Of a DNA stretch of 47,078 bases, positions 9,406 to 18,215 are shown one piece after another (within the stretch, counting starts at the first letter, position 1; each line of letters opens with the position of its first letter). Position numbers and translations under genes: made by a program. The DNA is taken from assembly GCA_964594465.1 (NCBI GenBank), contig CAZQMR010000001.1, positions 1 to 47,078 on the forward strand, given 5' to 3'. Below the pieces are notes generated by a model. The model did no database searches. It saw only the letters and a program-made list of their open reading frames with translations, and was not told where the DNA came from. This stretch comes from an uncultured Rhodobacterales bacterium (GTDB lineage Bacteria > Pseudomonadota > Alphaproteobacteria > Rhodobacterales > Rhodobacteraceae).

Positions 9406-10683
9406 TTAGCCCCATTTATCCAGAGCGGCTTTTAGTTCTGGATGATGGTTCGCGTAGTCGGAAAGCTCGACATCAGCTTCGGCCGCTTCCCAAGCTTGGC
9501 GGATGGCGCGCACGCCAGCTGCGGCGCCCATTGGGTGCCCGTGAACACCACCGCCGCAAAGGTACATAAGATCAAGCGTTCGGCCTGTACGTTGATAGGT
9601 TTCGGGCGCTTGCCCTCCCCATTGTCCTGATCCAACCACTGGCAAAGGTTTGTCATCGTCGGAAAAGATCGGTTCAGACACTGCTTGGAAAGATCGCACG
9701 AAGCTTTCGTCGGGTTCCCAGTATTTCGCCTGAATGCCATTGATCTGGAATTGGTCAACGCCCAGCAGCCGCCAGATTTTTTGGTACGCACGGAATTCCA
9801 TGCCAAGGCCGGGATGCCTTGTGAGAATATCCCACCCGTTGCGATGCGCATGAAGGCAAAGCCCAGATCGCTTGCGCAAAAATGACATTCCACCGTAGCC
9901 GATGGAGTTGATGTTCAAAACTGCGGCGTTGCCGCCCGCTTCGAGCACCACATCATGGTTGCGCATCATGGTGTCGGGGTCGGCGGAGGATATGCCAAAC
10001 GCATACATCACCCGCTTGCCGGTTTTTTGTTCATGTGCGTCCACTACCGGCATGATGGCTTTGACGCGATCTTTGAGCGAGGAATATCCCGGGCTCATCA
10101 ACTTTTCATCATCCTTGATGAAATCGACACCGGCCTCGCATAGCTGTGCGATCACGGTTGCGGTTTCATCGGGCAAAAGACCAAGTGATGGTTTGATGAT
10201 TGAGCCCACCATCGGGCCCTGTGTGACCCCCATCAATTCACGTGACCCGTTGATGCCAAATTGCGGTCCGGGATGGCACGACCATGCCTGAGGCAGGCTG
10301 ATATCCATCACGCGCACGCCGGTCAGCCCCCGCACGGCATAAACACCCCCAATAGCGATGGTGACGAGGGCCGCGATGTCTGTGCCAACTGCCTCCAGCG
10401 GGTAGGTGATAACAACATCTGCCCGATTGTAAGGCCCGTGACCATTTGGATCAGGAAAAGACGGCACGGTTGTTGGTTCCAAGGTTTGGATATCAATCAC
10501 ACGGGCCGCGCAGCGCGCTTGAACCGCAGCGGTTTCGCCCGGCAATTCAGTGAAGGTCCCGGTAGATTGGTCGGACGCGATTTTGGCGGCAAGGGCCGCG
10601 ATGTCGCCCGACGTCTCAAGCCTGTAAGTGACGAGGATTTCGGTGTTGCTCAAGGCTTTCTTCCGCTTTGTTTGGCCCAGCAA
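9406..10683 (-). CDS. RuBisCO-like protein (form IV RLP; RuBisCO large-subunit family, non-carboxylase)
   Basis: 'IIKPSLGL', 'GVDFIKDDEKL', 'LHAHRNGW' and 'CGGGVHGHPMG' align by eye with RuBisCO large-subunit active-site segments. Last gene of the ABC operon. The start is uncertain: TTG 10683, or TTG 10653 preceded by GGAAGA. Confidence 0.85.
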   Translation of the reverse strand: MLGQTKRKKALSNTEILVTYRLETSGDIAALAAKIASDQSTGTFTELPGETAAVQARCAARVIDIQTLEPTTVPSFPDPNGHGPYNRADVVITYPLEAVGTDIAALVTIAIGGVYAVRGLTGVRVMDISLPQAWSCHPGPQFGINGSRELMGVTQGPMVGSIIKPSLGLLPDETATVIAQLCEAGVDFIKDDEKLMSPGYSSLKDRVKAIMPVVDAHEQKTGKRVMYAFGISSADPDTMMRNHDVVLEAGGNAAVLNINSIGYGGMSFLRKRSGLCLHAHRNGWDILTRHPGLGMEFRAYQKIWRLLGVDQFQINGIQAKYWEPDESFVRSFQAVSEPIFSDDDKPLPVVGSGQWGGQAPETYQRTGRTLDLMYLCGGGVHGHPMGAAAGVRAIRQAWEAAEADVELSDYANHHPELKAALDKWG

Positions 10684-10760
10684 AGCGGTGTCGCTTTGGG
10701 CTCTCTATGCAGATGTGATTACTGTTAGACCGGAGTGGCTGTCAAACGCTCTGAGGACTG

Positions 10761-11804
10761 TCAGAGCCGCTCGCCGTCCTCACCAAACAGATGCGCTGCG
10801 CTCATATCCGGGGACAGAACAACCGTATCGCCAGGGTTGGGATTGAAGCGTTCTTTGAAAACAGCAAGAACTTGTTGGCCGTTAAAGTCGGCGGTGACCT
10901 GCGTTTCTGAGCCAGTTGGTTCAACTACTGAGACTTCGACGCTGATGCCAGTTTCGGCAGGCAAAAGATGCTCAGGCCGAATGCCAAGGGTTGCAGGCCC
11001 GTTGGAGTAGGTCGAACTGTGCAAGGTCAGGCTGTTTTCACCGTCGATCACAAACTGATCTCCCTCGATCACGCCATTAAAGAAGTTCATGGCGGGCGAC
11101 CCAATAAACCCGGCGACAAATTTGTTCTGGGGGTTATCGTAAAGTTCTAGCGGTGTGCCGAGCTGCATGATCACACCCTCCTGCATTACGACAATGACGT
11201 CCGCCATAGTCATCGCTTCTATCTGATCATGCGTAACATAGACGGTCGTTGTTTTTAGGCGCTGATGCAGCGCCTTTAGCTCAGTGCGCATCTGCACGCG
11301 CAATTTAGCATCCAGATTTGACAAAGGTTCGTCGAATAGAAAGACCGATGCGTCACGCACAATTGCGCGGCCCATTGCGACACGCTGCCTTTGCCCACCG
11401 GACAGTGCTTTGGGGTAGCGGTCGAGCAACTGATCAAGGCCCAGAATCTCGGCCGCTTCGTTCACTCGGTCGGTGATGGTCTGGCGATTTTCTTTGCGCA
11501 GTCGAAGAGAAAACGCCATGTTTTCGCGCACGGTCAGGTGCGGGTACAATGCATAGTTTTGGAAAACCATTGCAATGTCGCGATCTTTGGGCGCGACGTC
11601 ATTGACGATTGTGTCGCCAATCAATATCTCGCCGGCGCTTATGTCCTCAAGTCCTGCAATCGTCCTTAGCAATGTCGACTTGCCGCATCCCGAGGGGCCG
11701 ACAAGAACGACGAAATCACCATCTTTGATATCAAAGTCGATCCCGAAAATCACCGGGTCGGAGGCATAAGCTTTCCAAACCTCACGAATGGCTATGGAGG
11801 TCAT
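10761..11804 (-). CDS. Carbohydrate ABC transporter ATP-binding protein (MalK/UgpC-like)
   Basis: ATG at 11804. 'GPSGCGKST', 'LSGGQRQR' and 'FLFDEPLSNLD', plus a C-terminal MalK-type regulatory domain. Confidence 0.9.
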   Translation of the reverse strand: MTSIAIREVWKAYASDPVIFGIDFDIKDGDFVVLVGPSGCGKSTLLRTIAGLEDISAGEILIGDTIVNDVAPKDRDIAMVFQNYALYPHLTVRENMAFSLRLRKENRQTITDRVNEAAEILGLDQLLDRYPKALSGGQRQRVAMGRAIVRDASVFLFDEPLSNLDAKLRVQMRTELKALHQRLKTTTVYVTHDQIEAMTMADVIVVMQEGVIMQLGTPLELYDNPQNKFVAGFIGSPAMNFFNGVIEGDQFVIDGENSLTLHSSTYSNGPATLGIRPEHLLPAETGISVEVSVVEPTGSETQVTADFNGQQVLAVFKERFNPNPGDTVVLSPDMSAAHLFGEDGERL

Positions 11805-11868
11805 CGTTATTCCCTTTTGTTGATTAGAATGCGGGCGTCGGTCATCCCGACGCCCGCACACCCCACCA

Positions 11869-13197
11869 TCACTTAGACATTTCTGCCTTAGCGTCGGCTA
11901 CCCGTTCACTCAAAAGCATGGCTGCTTCTGATACTGCTTTTGCTGGATCGGCATCTTCATAGGCAATCTTTTGGATCGCACGTGCGTAGAGGTTTGAGTT
12001 CCAAAGCACGCTTCTAAAGGGATTGACCTTGCCGGTTGCATTCAGCTTACACGTTGCTGTGTCCAATCCACCTGCATGGAGGATCTCGCTATAGCCATCG
12101 ACGGCTGCTGGATAAACCGTGTCAAACAACAGGTCACCATAAGCTGCAACTGTTGGCGCGTCCGAGCCTTTCAGGGCATCCATCGCGGCACCTGTTGCTG
12201 GTGGGTAGAGAAGCGGGCTCATACCTGTAAGATCAGCGGCATTGTTGGGCGAGAAGATATACTCAATCCATTTTTTGCCAGTGTCCAAAGTGGTCGAGTT
12301 GTTGAACAAGGCCACATAACGACCGCCAGTTTGTGTGGCTTTCATTTTGTTCGCTGTCACCGGCGCGATGCCGATATTCTCAACCATTGCAGGGTTCTGG
12401 CGCATCATCAAATCAAGCGCGTGCCAGTGAATGACCATAGCTGCACGGCCAGACCAGAAGCTTTCTGGTGGCTCGTTGAACGCCCAAGCTGCCGCATCAG
12501 GTGCGGAGTATTTTAGCAAGTCTGCATAGTGAGTTGCTGCTTCAACCGCATTGGGGTGATCAAGGATCACATTGCCGTCTGCGTCAAAGAAGTCGTGACA
12601 GTTTTGCCAAAGCATTGTGCCAGCCATGATGGTGGTCATGCGGTTCTCACCGCCTGCAAGTGCAATGCCGATCACATCATCGGAATGCAGTTTCTTAGCG
12701 GCTGCAGTGACTTCTTCCCAAGTAGAAGGTGGGGCGATGCCAGCTGCCTCGAACATGTCCTTTCGGTAGAACAATTGTGGAGATGTTGCAGCTTGGTTGA
12801 TCGCGTAGACTTTGTCGTCAACGATCACAAGGCGGTTGTTGAGGAATGAGTCCCGTCCGCCAAGGGCTTCGACGACGTCATCCAGTGGTGCAAGCAAACC
12901 CTCAACAGCAAGACGTGCCGCGGTGCCTGGATCTGAGTGAACAACGTCAAGCGGCGCACCGGCTTGAACGTAGGTCGCAATCCTCTGGTTGATGACACCA
13001 GCAGGGGCGCTTTCAAGGATGACGTCAGTTCCGGGGTTGGATTCCAGGAACCCTTTGACCCAGTTGCGTTGAATGCGAACAACGGCAGGGTCGGTTTCTT
13101 GGCTTAGGTAGCGAACGACCTCAATCCCTTGAGCATTCGCGCTCATCCCCCCGAATAGACTAAGGGCAGCAGCGCACATGGTTAATTTGTAGTTCAT
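11869..13197 (-). CDS. Carbohydrate ABC transporter substrate-binding protein (family 1 / CUT1)
   Basis: 442 aa. Signal peptide 'MNYKLTMCAAALSLFGGMSANA'. Sits within a permease/ATPase operon. Confidence 0.85.
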   Translation of the reverse strand: MNYKLTMCAAALSLFGGMSANAQGIEVVRYLSQETDPAVVRIQRNWVKGFLESNPGTDVILESAPAGVINQRIATYVQAGAPLDVVHSDPGTAARLAVEGLLAPLDDVVEALGGRDSFLNNRLVIVDDKVYAINQAATSPQLFYRKDMFEAAGIAPPSTWEEVTAAAKKLHSDDVIGIALAGGENRMTTIMAGTMLWQNCHDFFDADGNVILDHPNAVEAATHYADLLKYSAPDAAAWAFNEPPESFWSGRAAMVIHWHALDLMMRQNPAMVENIGIAPVTANKMKATQTGGRYVALFNNSTTLDTGKKWIEYIFSPNNAADLTGMSPLLYPPATGAAMDALKGSDAPTVAAYGDLLFDTVYPAAVDGYSEILHAGGLDTATCKLNATGKVNPFRSVLWNSNLYARAIQKIAYEDADPAKAVSEAAMLLSERVADAKAEMSK

Positions 13198-13287
13198 AAG
13201 TTCCTCCCAAAAAAAGATTTTGGCCGCTGTTGTTCTTGTTCTGCGCCCTTTGCGGCCAAGAGGGCGTTGTATCTCGACGTTACTGGT

Positions 13288-14181
13288 TCACCCTTTCACC
13301 GCTCCCGCACCAAGGCCGGACACCATCTGACGTGCGGCGAAAGCGAATAGGAAAAGGACGGGCACTGTCGCCAAAACGCCAGCTGCGTTGACGAGGCCCC
13401 ACGAATAGACCGAAGTTTCCAAAATCAAGGACGCAATGCCCAAAGAAACGGTCCGTTTTGTTTCGTCTGAGATCAGCACGAGCGAATAGAGCAGCTCGTT
13501 CCAGACGACGACAAATGTAAAGACAAAGGATGCGACGATCCCTGGCCAAGCCTGAGGCACGATGACCTTTCGGAATGCCTGAAACCGGGTACAGCCGTCG
13601 ATCATTGCTGCTTCTTCCAAGGCTTGTGGGATCGCCTCAATGTAGGGGCGCAGTATCCACAAGGAGAATGGCAGAGTGATCGTCAGATAGGTGATGCCCA
13701 AAGCCCAGAGGCTGTTTAGCATGTCCAGATTGTACCAAATCCGAAAGAACGGCAGCGCCAACAGGATCGGCGGCAGCATGTAGATTAGCAAAATTCCAAA
13801 AGCAAACGCACGCGCGGCGATGAACTCGAACCGTGTAATTGAAAAGACGGTGACTAAGCTGATCCCTACACCCACAAAGCAGGATATTCCGGCCACAAGG
13901 AACGTGTTCAGGAAGTACCGTGGGAAGCTCGTGAAATCCCAAAGTTCGACATAGTGTTCGAATGTGGGTTCTTTCGCGAACACTTTTGGCGGTCTTTCAA
14001 ACAGCTCTACGTTCGGTTTGAAACTTGACGCCAGCATCCAGAACAGCGGTACCAAGACGATCATAAGGACGGCCAGCGCACAGAGCATCAGGAGGGCCTG
14101 CTCGAAACGGCGCTTGGCCGCTGCCCTTTTTGCTCGCGGACTGATGGCAAGCTTAGGCATTTCTTTGCGCACGCTAGTCAT
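13288..14181 (-). CDS. Carbohydrate ABC transporter permease (MalG-like)
   Basis: ATG at 14181 forms an ATGA overlap with the upstream ORF stop. EAA loop 'EAAMIDGCTRFQAFRKVIVPQAWPG'. Confidence 0.85.
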   Translation of the reverse strand: MTSVRKEMPKLAISPRAKRAAAKRRFEQALLMLCALAVLMIVLVPLFWMLASSFKPNVELFERPPKVFAKEPTFEHYVELWDFTSFPRYFLNTFLVAGISCFVGVGISLVTVFSITRFEFIAARAFAFGILLIYMLPPILLALPFFRIWYNLDMLNSLWALGITYLTITLPFSLWILRPYIEAIPQALEEAAMIDGCTRFQAFRKVIVPQAWPGIVASFVFTFVVVWNELLYSLVLISDETKRTVSLGIASLILETSVYSWGLVNAAGVLATVPVLFLFAFAARQMVSGLGAGAVKG

Positions 14182-15052
14182 CGGAATCGCTCCTGCGTGC
14201 GCTCGTATAATCGCCAATAAATGACGGACATGATCAAAAGAACGAAGAAGACGATCACCGCAAGCGCTGCTCCTCGACCGAGGCTAAAGTCACCAAAGAC
14301 AAATCTATAGATATAGAGCGGCAGGGTTTCGGTTCGGCCAATTGGACCACCTTGGGTTAGCAAGAAAACAACCTCGAAGTTATTGAAATTCCATATGGTT
14401 CTGAGCATCCCGACGACCAGCATGATTGGCAGAAGGGACGGCAATGTGATCTTTGTGAGTTTTTGCCAGGCCGTTGCTCCATCGACCGAAGCCGCCTCGT
14501 AAAGCTGACGGTCAATGGTTTGCAGTTGCGCAAGGAAAACGATGACCATGAACGGGAAGTTCTTCCACGCATTGACCACGATCACGCCAACCATTGCGAA
14601 ATCTAGCGATCCGAATGGCGAGGCGGGGATTGGCAGTTCGCTCGCTCGGATCCAATAATTCAGTATTCCGGTTGTGTCCGAAAACATGAATTTCCATGTC
14701 ATCGCGCGACGACATAGGGCACCAGATACGAAAACAGCATGACCCCGCGGATCGGATTTCGCAGCGGAAACTCACGATTAAGGAGGAGGGCGATCGGTAA
14801 GCCAAGACCCATTTGCAGGAAAAGCGACCCAAACGTGAAAACGAACGTGTTCTTTACGGAGCGCGGGAACCCTTCGTGGCTTACGACGGCTTCAAAATTC
14901 TTCAGCCCTGCGAAGGTTGCTTCTGTACTGTAAAGGCTCTGCTGCTGGAACGAAAGCGAGACGACCTGGAAGATCGGATAGATCGTCAGCCCGAGAACCA
15001 GAACAATCAGCGGCAATAGCAAAAGCAGACCGATTTTTCGGTCCCGAGACAT
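14178..15052 (-). pseudogene. MalF-like carbohydrate ABC permease split by a frameshift at ~14699-14702
   Basis: The N-terminal fragment (ORF 14699-15148, likely ATG 15052 or 15079) ends '...YLVPYVVAR*'. The C-terminal fragment (14178-14702) begins 'MTWKFMFSDTTGILNYW' and carries the EAA loop 'EAASVDGATAWQKLTKITLP'. Joined, they make one ~290-aa permease. The junction reads CGATGACATGG. Confidence 0.65.
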
Positions 15053-15158
15053 TCCTCGGCTTCGGCTCGCCACCGGCATTGGCCGAGCGCGCGCTTTTTC
15101 CGCTGCTGTTAGCACCACTTTCCCTCTCCAAGTTACATACTGGTACATTCATGAGGTT

Positions 15159-15170
15159 ATTATACCACTT
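15159..15170 (-). promoter_or_regulatory. Shared box copy b2: AAGTGGTATAAT (oriented toward the ABC/RLP operon)
   Basis: The plus strand reads ATTATACCACTT. A weaker half-copy, ACTGGTA, lies at 15139-15145. Confidence 0.5.
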
Positions 15171-15192
15171 TGCAGCGTTTGAACAAAATTGC

Positions 15193-15206
15193 AACTGGTA
15201 TAATGG
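15193..15206 (+). promoter_or_regulatory. Shared box copy b3: AACTGGTATAATGG (oriented toward gntR-1)
   Basis: Exact 12-mer match to copies a and c. Confidence 0.55.
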
Positions 15207-15336
15207 CTATGTAACATGATGAACCAATTTGCAGGTTATCGAGCTATCCAAGCCTATGGGGTTTGGGTTTCGATTGTGCTGGATGGCAGCCCAAACTAGG
15301 GTTCCTAGGAAACCAGCAAGCCTGTACGAGAGTTTT

Positions 15337-16056
15337 ATGAGAAAACAGCAAGCCAAAGAGCAGATCCACCGGCAAAGGCTTTCAGAGCTCGTATTTGATA
15401 AACTGTGGAACATGATTGTTTCCGGCGAACTCACACCCGGGGATCTCTTGCCATCAGAACGCGCGTTGATGGAACGATTCGGCGTTGGTCGCCCGGCCGC
15501 ACGCGAAGCGCTTCAAATGTTGGCAAACAAGGGTCTTATCACGATCTCCCATGGGGAACGCAGCCGCGTAAACGAATTGAACGCCGGCATGGCCTTTGAT
15601 CAGGTCAACGACATCGCAAAACTCCTTTTGTCGTCGGACCCTTCAAACCTGACGCATCTGATGCAAATCCGGAAAATTCTGGAATTTGGAACAGCGCGTT
15701 TGGCTGCACGAAACTGCACTCGCGCGGATGCAGAGGATCTTCGGCGTATCAATGCTGAACAACGGGAAAACCTGGGGAATATCGAGTTGTTCATTCAGGC
15801 TGACATGGCGTTTCATGTGCGTCTTGCCCAAATTTCCAACAACCCTCTTTTGATCGAAATCACCAAAGCTATGCTATCTTGGTTGTTCGACTACTACCGC
15901 CCGCTGCTGTATTGGTCGGGCCATGAAGACACCACGCTGTTGGAGCATAAAAAGCTGGCTGATGTGCTTGAAACAAACGATGAGGCTGCCGCTTTTGAAG
16001 CGATGCGAGAGCATCTAAACCGGTCCGAGCCATTGTATTCTTTCGAGCCAACATAG
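15337..16056 (+). CDS. GntR-family transcriptional regulator, FadR subfamily (paralog 1)
   Basis: ATG at 15337 gives 239 aa. wHTH 'LPSERALMERFGVGRPAAREALQMLANKGLITISHGERSRV' plus a helical FCD-type C-terminal domain. Confidence 0.85.
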   Translation: MRKQQAKEQIHRQRLSELVFDKLWNMIVSGELTPGDLLPSERALMERFGVGRPAAREALQMLANKGLITISHGERSRVNELNAGMAFDQVNDIAKLLLSSDPSNLTHLMQIRKILEFGTARLAARNCTRADAEDLRRINAEQRENLGNIELFIQADMAFHVRLAQISNNPLLIEITKAMLSWLFDYYRPLLYWSGHEDTTLLEHKKLADVLETNDEAAAFEAMREHLNRSEPLYSFEPT

Positions 16057-16096
16057 GAAGAACTCTGGCATCTGCTTTTCTGTTCACATCCACTTA

Positions 16097-16125
16097 GGCC
16101 GCGATGGGTTTCATCGCGGCCTTTT
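16097..16125 (+). terminator. Rho-independent terminator after gntR-1
   Basis: Stem GGCCGCGATG (16097-16106), loop GGTTT, stem CATCGCGGCC (16112-16121), then TTTT. Confidence 0.75.
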
Positions 16126-16229
16126 CAACTTTGGTAGCGAGACTGAGGATGAGTTTGAGCGTTTTATCTGAACATATCAGGAGGCCAATCACTTTAGGAT
16201 TGCAGCCTTGGGAGATAACTTATATAGTT

Positions 16230-16241
16230 ATTATACCAGTT
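16230..16241 (-). promoter_or_regulatory. Shared box copy c: AACTGGTATAAT (15 nt upstream of the oxidoreductase ATG, inverted orientation)
   Basis: The plus strand reads ATTATACCAGTT. This is the only copy pointing away from the downstream gene, which argues for an operator rather than only a -10 element. Confidence 0.5.
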
Positions 16242-16255
16242 TTAAGGAATGTAAG

Positions 16256-17083
16256 ATGACAAAGATCGCTCTTTTTGGCGCCGGCGGGAAAATGGGCGTG
16301 CGCAGCGGGAAAAATCTTCTCGAAACGGATTTCGAAGTTGCCCATGTAGAAATTTCCGAGGCGGGGCAGCAACGCGTCAAAGATGAACTTGGGAAGGACT
16401 GTGTGCCGACCGAGGACGCTTTGAAAGGCGCAGATGTCATTGTTTTGGCCGTCCCCGACACCGCAATCAAGGCGGTTTCCCACGCGATCATTGATCAAGT
16501 CGAGCCGGGTGCGATGCTGATTTGTTTGGATGCGGCTGGGCCTTTCGCGGGTCATTTGCCCAAGCGCGATGACGTGACGTATTTCATCTCACATCCTTGC
16601 CATCCTCCCATCTTCAATGACGAGAACACGCCTGAGGGTCGCAACGATCACTTTGGGGGCGTTGCCGCAAAACAAGGTATCGTCAACGCGCTGATGCAGG
16701 GACCAGCTGAGCATTATGAGCTTGGCGAAGCGGTTGGCAAAGCGATTTACGCGCCCGTTGTTCGCTCGCACCGTGTTACTGTGGAACAGATGGCGCTTCT
16801 TGAGCCGGGTCTTTCTGAAACAGTCTGTGCCTCACTGCTTTATGTCATGAAAGAAGCAATAGATGAGGTTGTCGCGCGTGGCGTTCCTGAAGAAGCTGCC
16901 CGCGATTTTCTTCTGGGGCACATGAACATCCTTGCGGCGGTCACCTTTGGCCACATCGACGGTGTCTTTTCCGATGCATGCTACAAGGCCATCGAGAATG
17001 GTCTGCCGATCTTGATGAAAGACGATTGGAAGCGGGTTTTCGAACCTGAAGAGATTGCGGCCAGTATCGAAAGAATTACCTAA
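16256..17083 (+). CDS. NAD(P)-binding Rossmann-fold oxidoreductase of uncertain specificity (prephenate dehydrogenase / 6PGDH-C-like architecture)
   Basis: ATG at 16256 preceded by AAGGAA. 'KIALFGAGGKMG' dinucleotide motif and 'VIVLAVPD'. 275 aa. Monocistronic, between a terminator and a convergent operon. Confidence 0.6.
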   Translation: MTKIALFGAGGKMGVRSGKNLLETDFEVAHVEISEAGQQRVKDELGKDCVPTEDALKGADVIVLAVPDTAIKAVSHAIIDQVEPGAMLICLDAAGPFAGHLPKRDDVTYFISHPCHPPIFNDENTPEGRNDHFGGVAAKQGIVNALMQGPAEHYELGEAVGKAIYAPVVRSHRVTVEQMALLEPGLSETVCASLLYVMKEAIDEVVARGVPEEAARDFLLGHMNILAAVTFGHIDGVFSDACYKAIENGLPILMKDDWKRVFEPEEIAASIERIT

Positions 17084-17168
17084 ACTTCTAAGCTACCGGG
17101 TCGGATGATCGGAGCTGGATTCTTTTCCAACACTCATCTGAACGGTCAAAAGTGTGGTTGGTGCGGTC

Positions 17169-18212
17169 CTAGAGACGGACCGCATCGCCACTGGTTAGAT
17201 CGAAAAATTGCGTCCTCTCCATCGCGACTGACAGCTTGGTGTCGCTCTTATTAGTCGCATGCGCATCCAACTCAGCCATCATATGATTGTTCTCGATGTA
17301 GAAGGTGCCGTAGGATCGCGAACCCGTCGGCTGTATTACGTCGAGTTTGACCGACAATGCGCCTGCTTCGCTTACCGAGAAATGCTCTGGCCGGATGCCC
17401 CAAGTGTACCGTCCGTCTGGAACCCAAGCGCCTTGGATCGTTTGACCGTCCGGCAGTGTCAAAGCACCGCCAGCCACGCTTACATCGATAAAGTTCATTG
17501 AGGGGGATCCAAGGAACGCCGCTACAAACTTGTTCTGCGGACGCTCAAACAGATCAAGGGGCGCACCGGCCTGTTCGATCTGGCCATCCTTTAGAAGGAA
17601 AATCCGTTGAGCCAGTGTCATCGCTTCGATCTGGTCATGTGTGACGTAGATGAATGTTTTACCCAAGCGTTCGTGCAGCTTCTTGATTTCCTCACGCATG
17701 CCATCGCGCAGCTTCGCATCAAGGTTCGAAAGAGGCTCGTCGAACAGATAGAGATCCGCATCCCGAACAATGGCGCGGCCAATGGCAACGCGCTGGCGTT
17801 GACCCCCGGAAAGCTCCCGTGGGAACCGATCAAGATAGTTGGTTATGTCGAGCACATCTGCGGCCCATGCAACTTGGCTGTCGATCTCGGCCTCTGACGC
17901 CTTTCGAGCGCGCAGGCCAAATGCGATGTTTTCGCGAACACTTAGATATGGGTAGAGCGCGTATGACTGGAAAACCATCGCGACGTTTCGATCCCGCGGC
18001 GCAAGATTAGAGATAGACTTGCCATCCAAAATCATATCGCCAGTGGAGATCTCTTCCAATCCGGCAATTGAGCGCAAAAGAGTGGACTTGCCGCAGCCCG
18101 ATGATCCAACCAGAACGACAAATTCGCCTGACGGAATATCTAGGGAAACGTCTCGCACAGCGTGAAAGTCACCGTAGTGTTTATTGATATTTTTGAGACT
18201 GAGATCGGTCAT
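17169..18212 (-). CDS. Carbohydrate ABC transporter ATP-binding protein (MalK/UgpC-like)
   Basis: 'GSSGCGKST', 'LSGGQRQR' and 'YLFDEPLSNLD'. 347 aa. Confidence 0.9.
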   Translation of the reverse strand: MTDLSLKNINKHYGDFHAVRDVSLDIPSGEFVVLVGSSGCGKSTLLRSIAGLEEISTGDMILDGKSISNLAPRDRNVAMVFQSYALYPYLSVRENIAFGLRARKASEAEIDSQVAWAADVLDITNYLDRFPRELSGGQRQRVAIGRAIVRDADLYLFDEPLSNLDAKLRDGMREEIKKLHERLGKTFIYVTHDQIEAMTLAQRIFLLKDGQIEQAGAPLDLFERPQNKFVAAFLGSPSMNFIDVSVAGGALTLPDGQTIQGAWVPDGRYTWGIRPEHFSVSEAGALSVKLDVIQPTGSRSYGTFYIENNHMMAELDAHATNKSDTKLSVAMERTQFFDLTSGDAVRL

Positions 18213-18215
18213 GAT

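Noticed and set aside
9406-10683. A bona fide CO2-fixing RuBisCO large subunit
   Set aside because: No small-subunit, phosphoribulokinase or cbb genes lie nearby. Key residues are altered by eye alignment (KPKLGL to KPSLGL, HxH segment to QFQ). The operon context is a sugar importer, so it is called an RLP.
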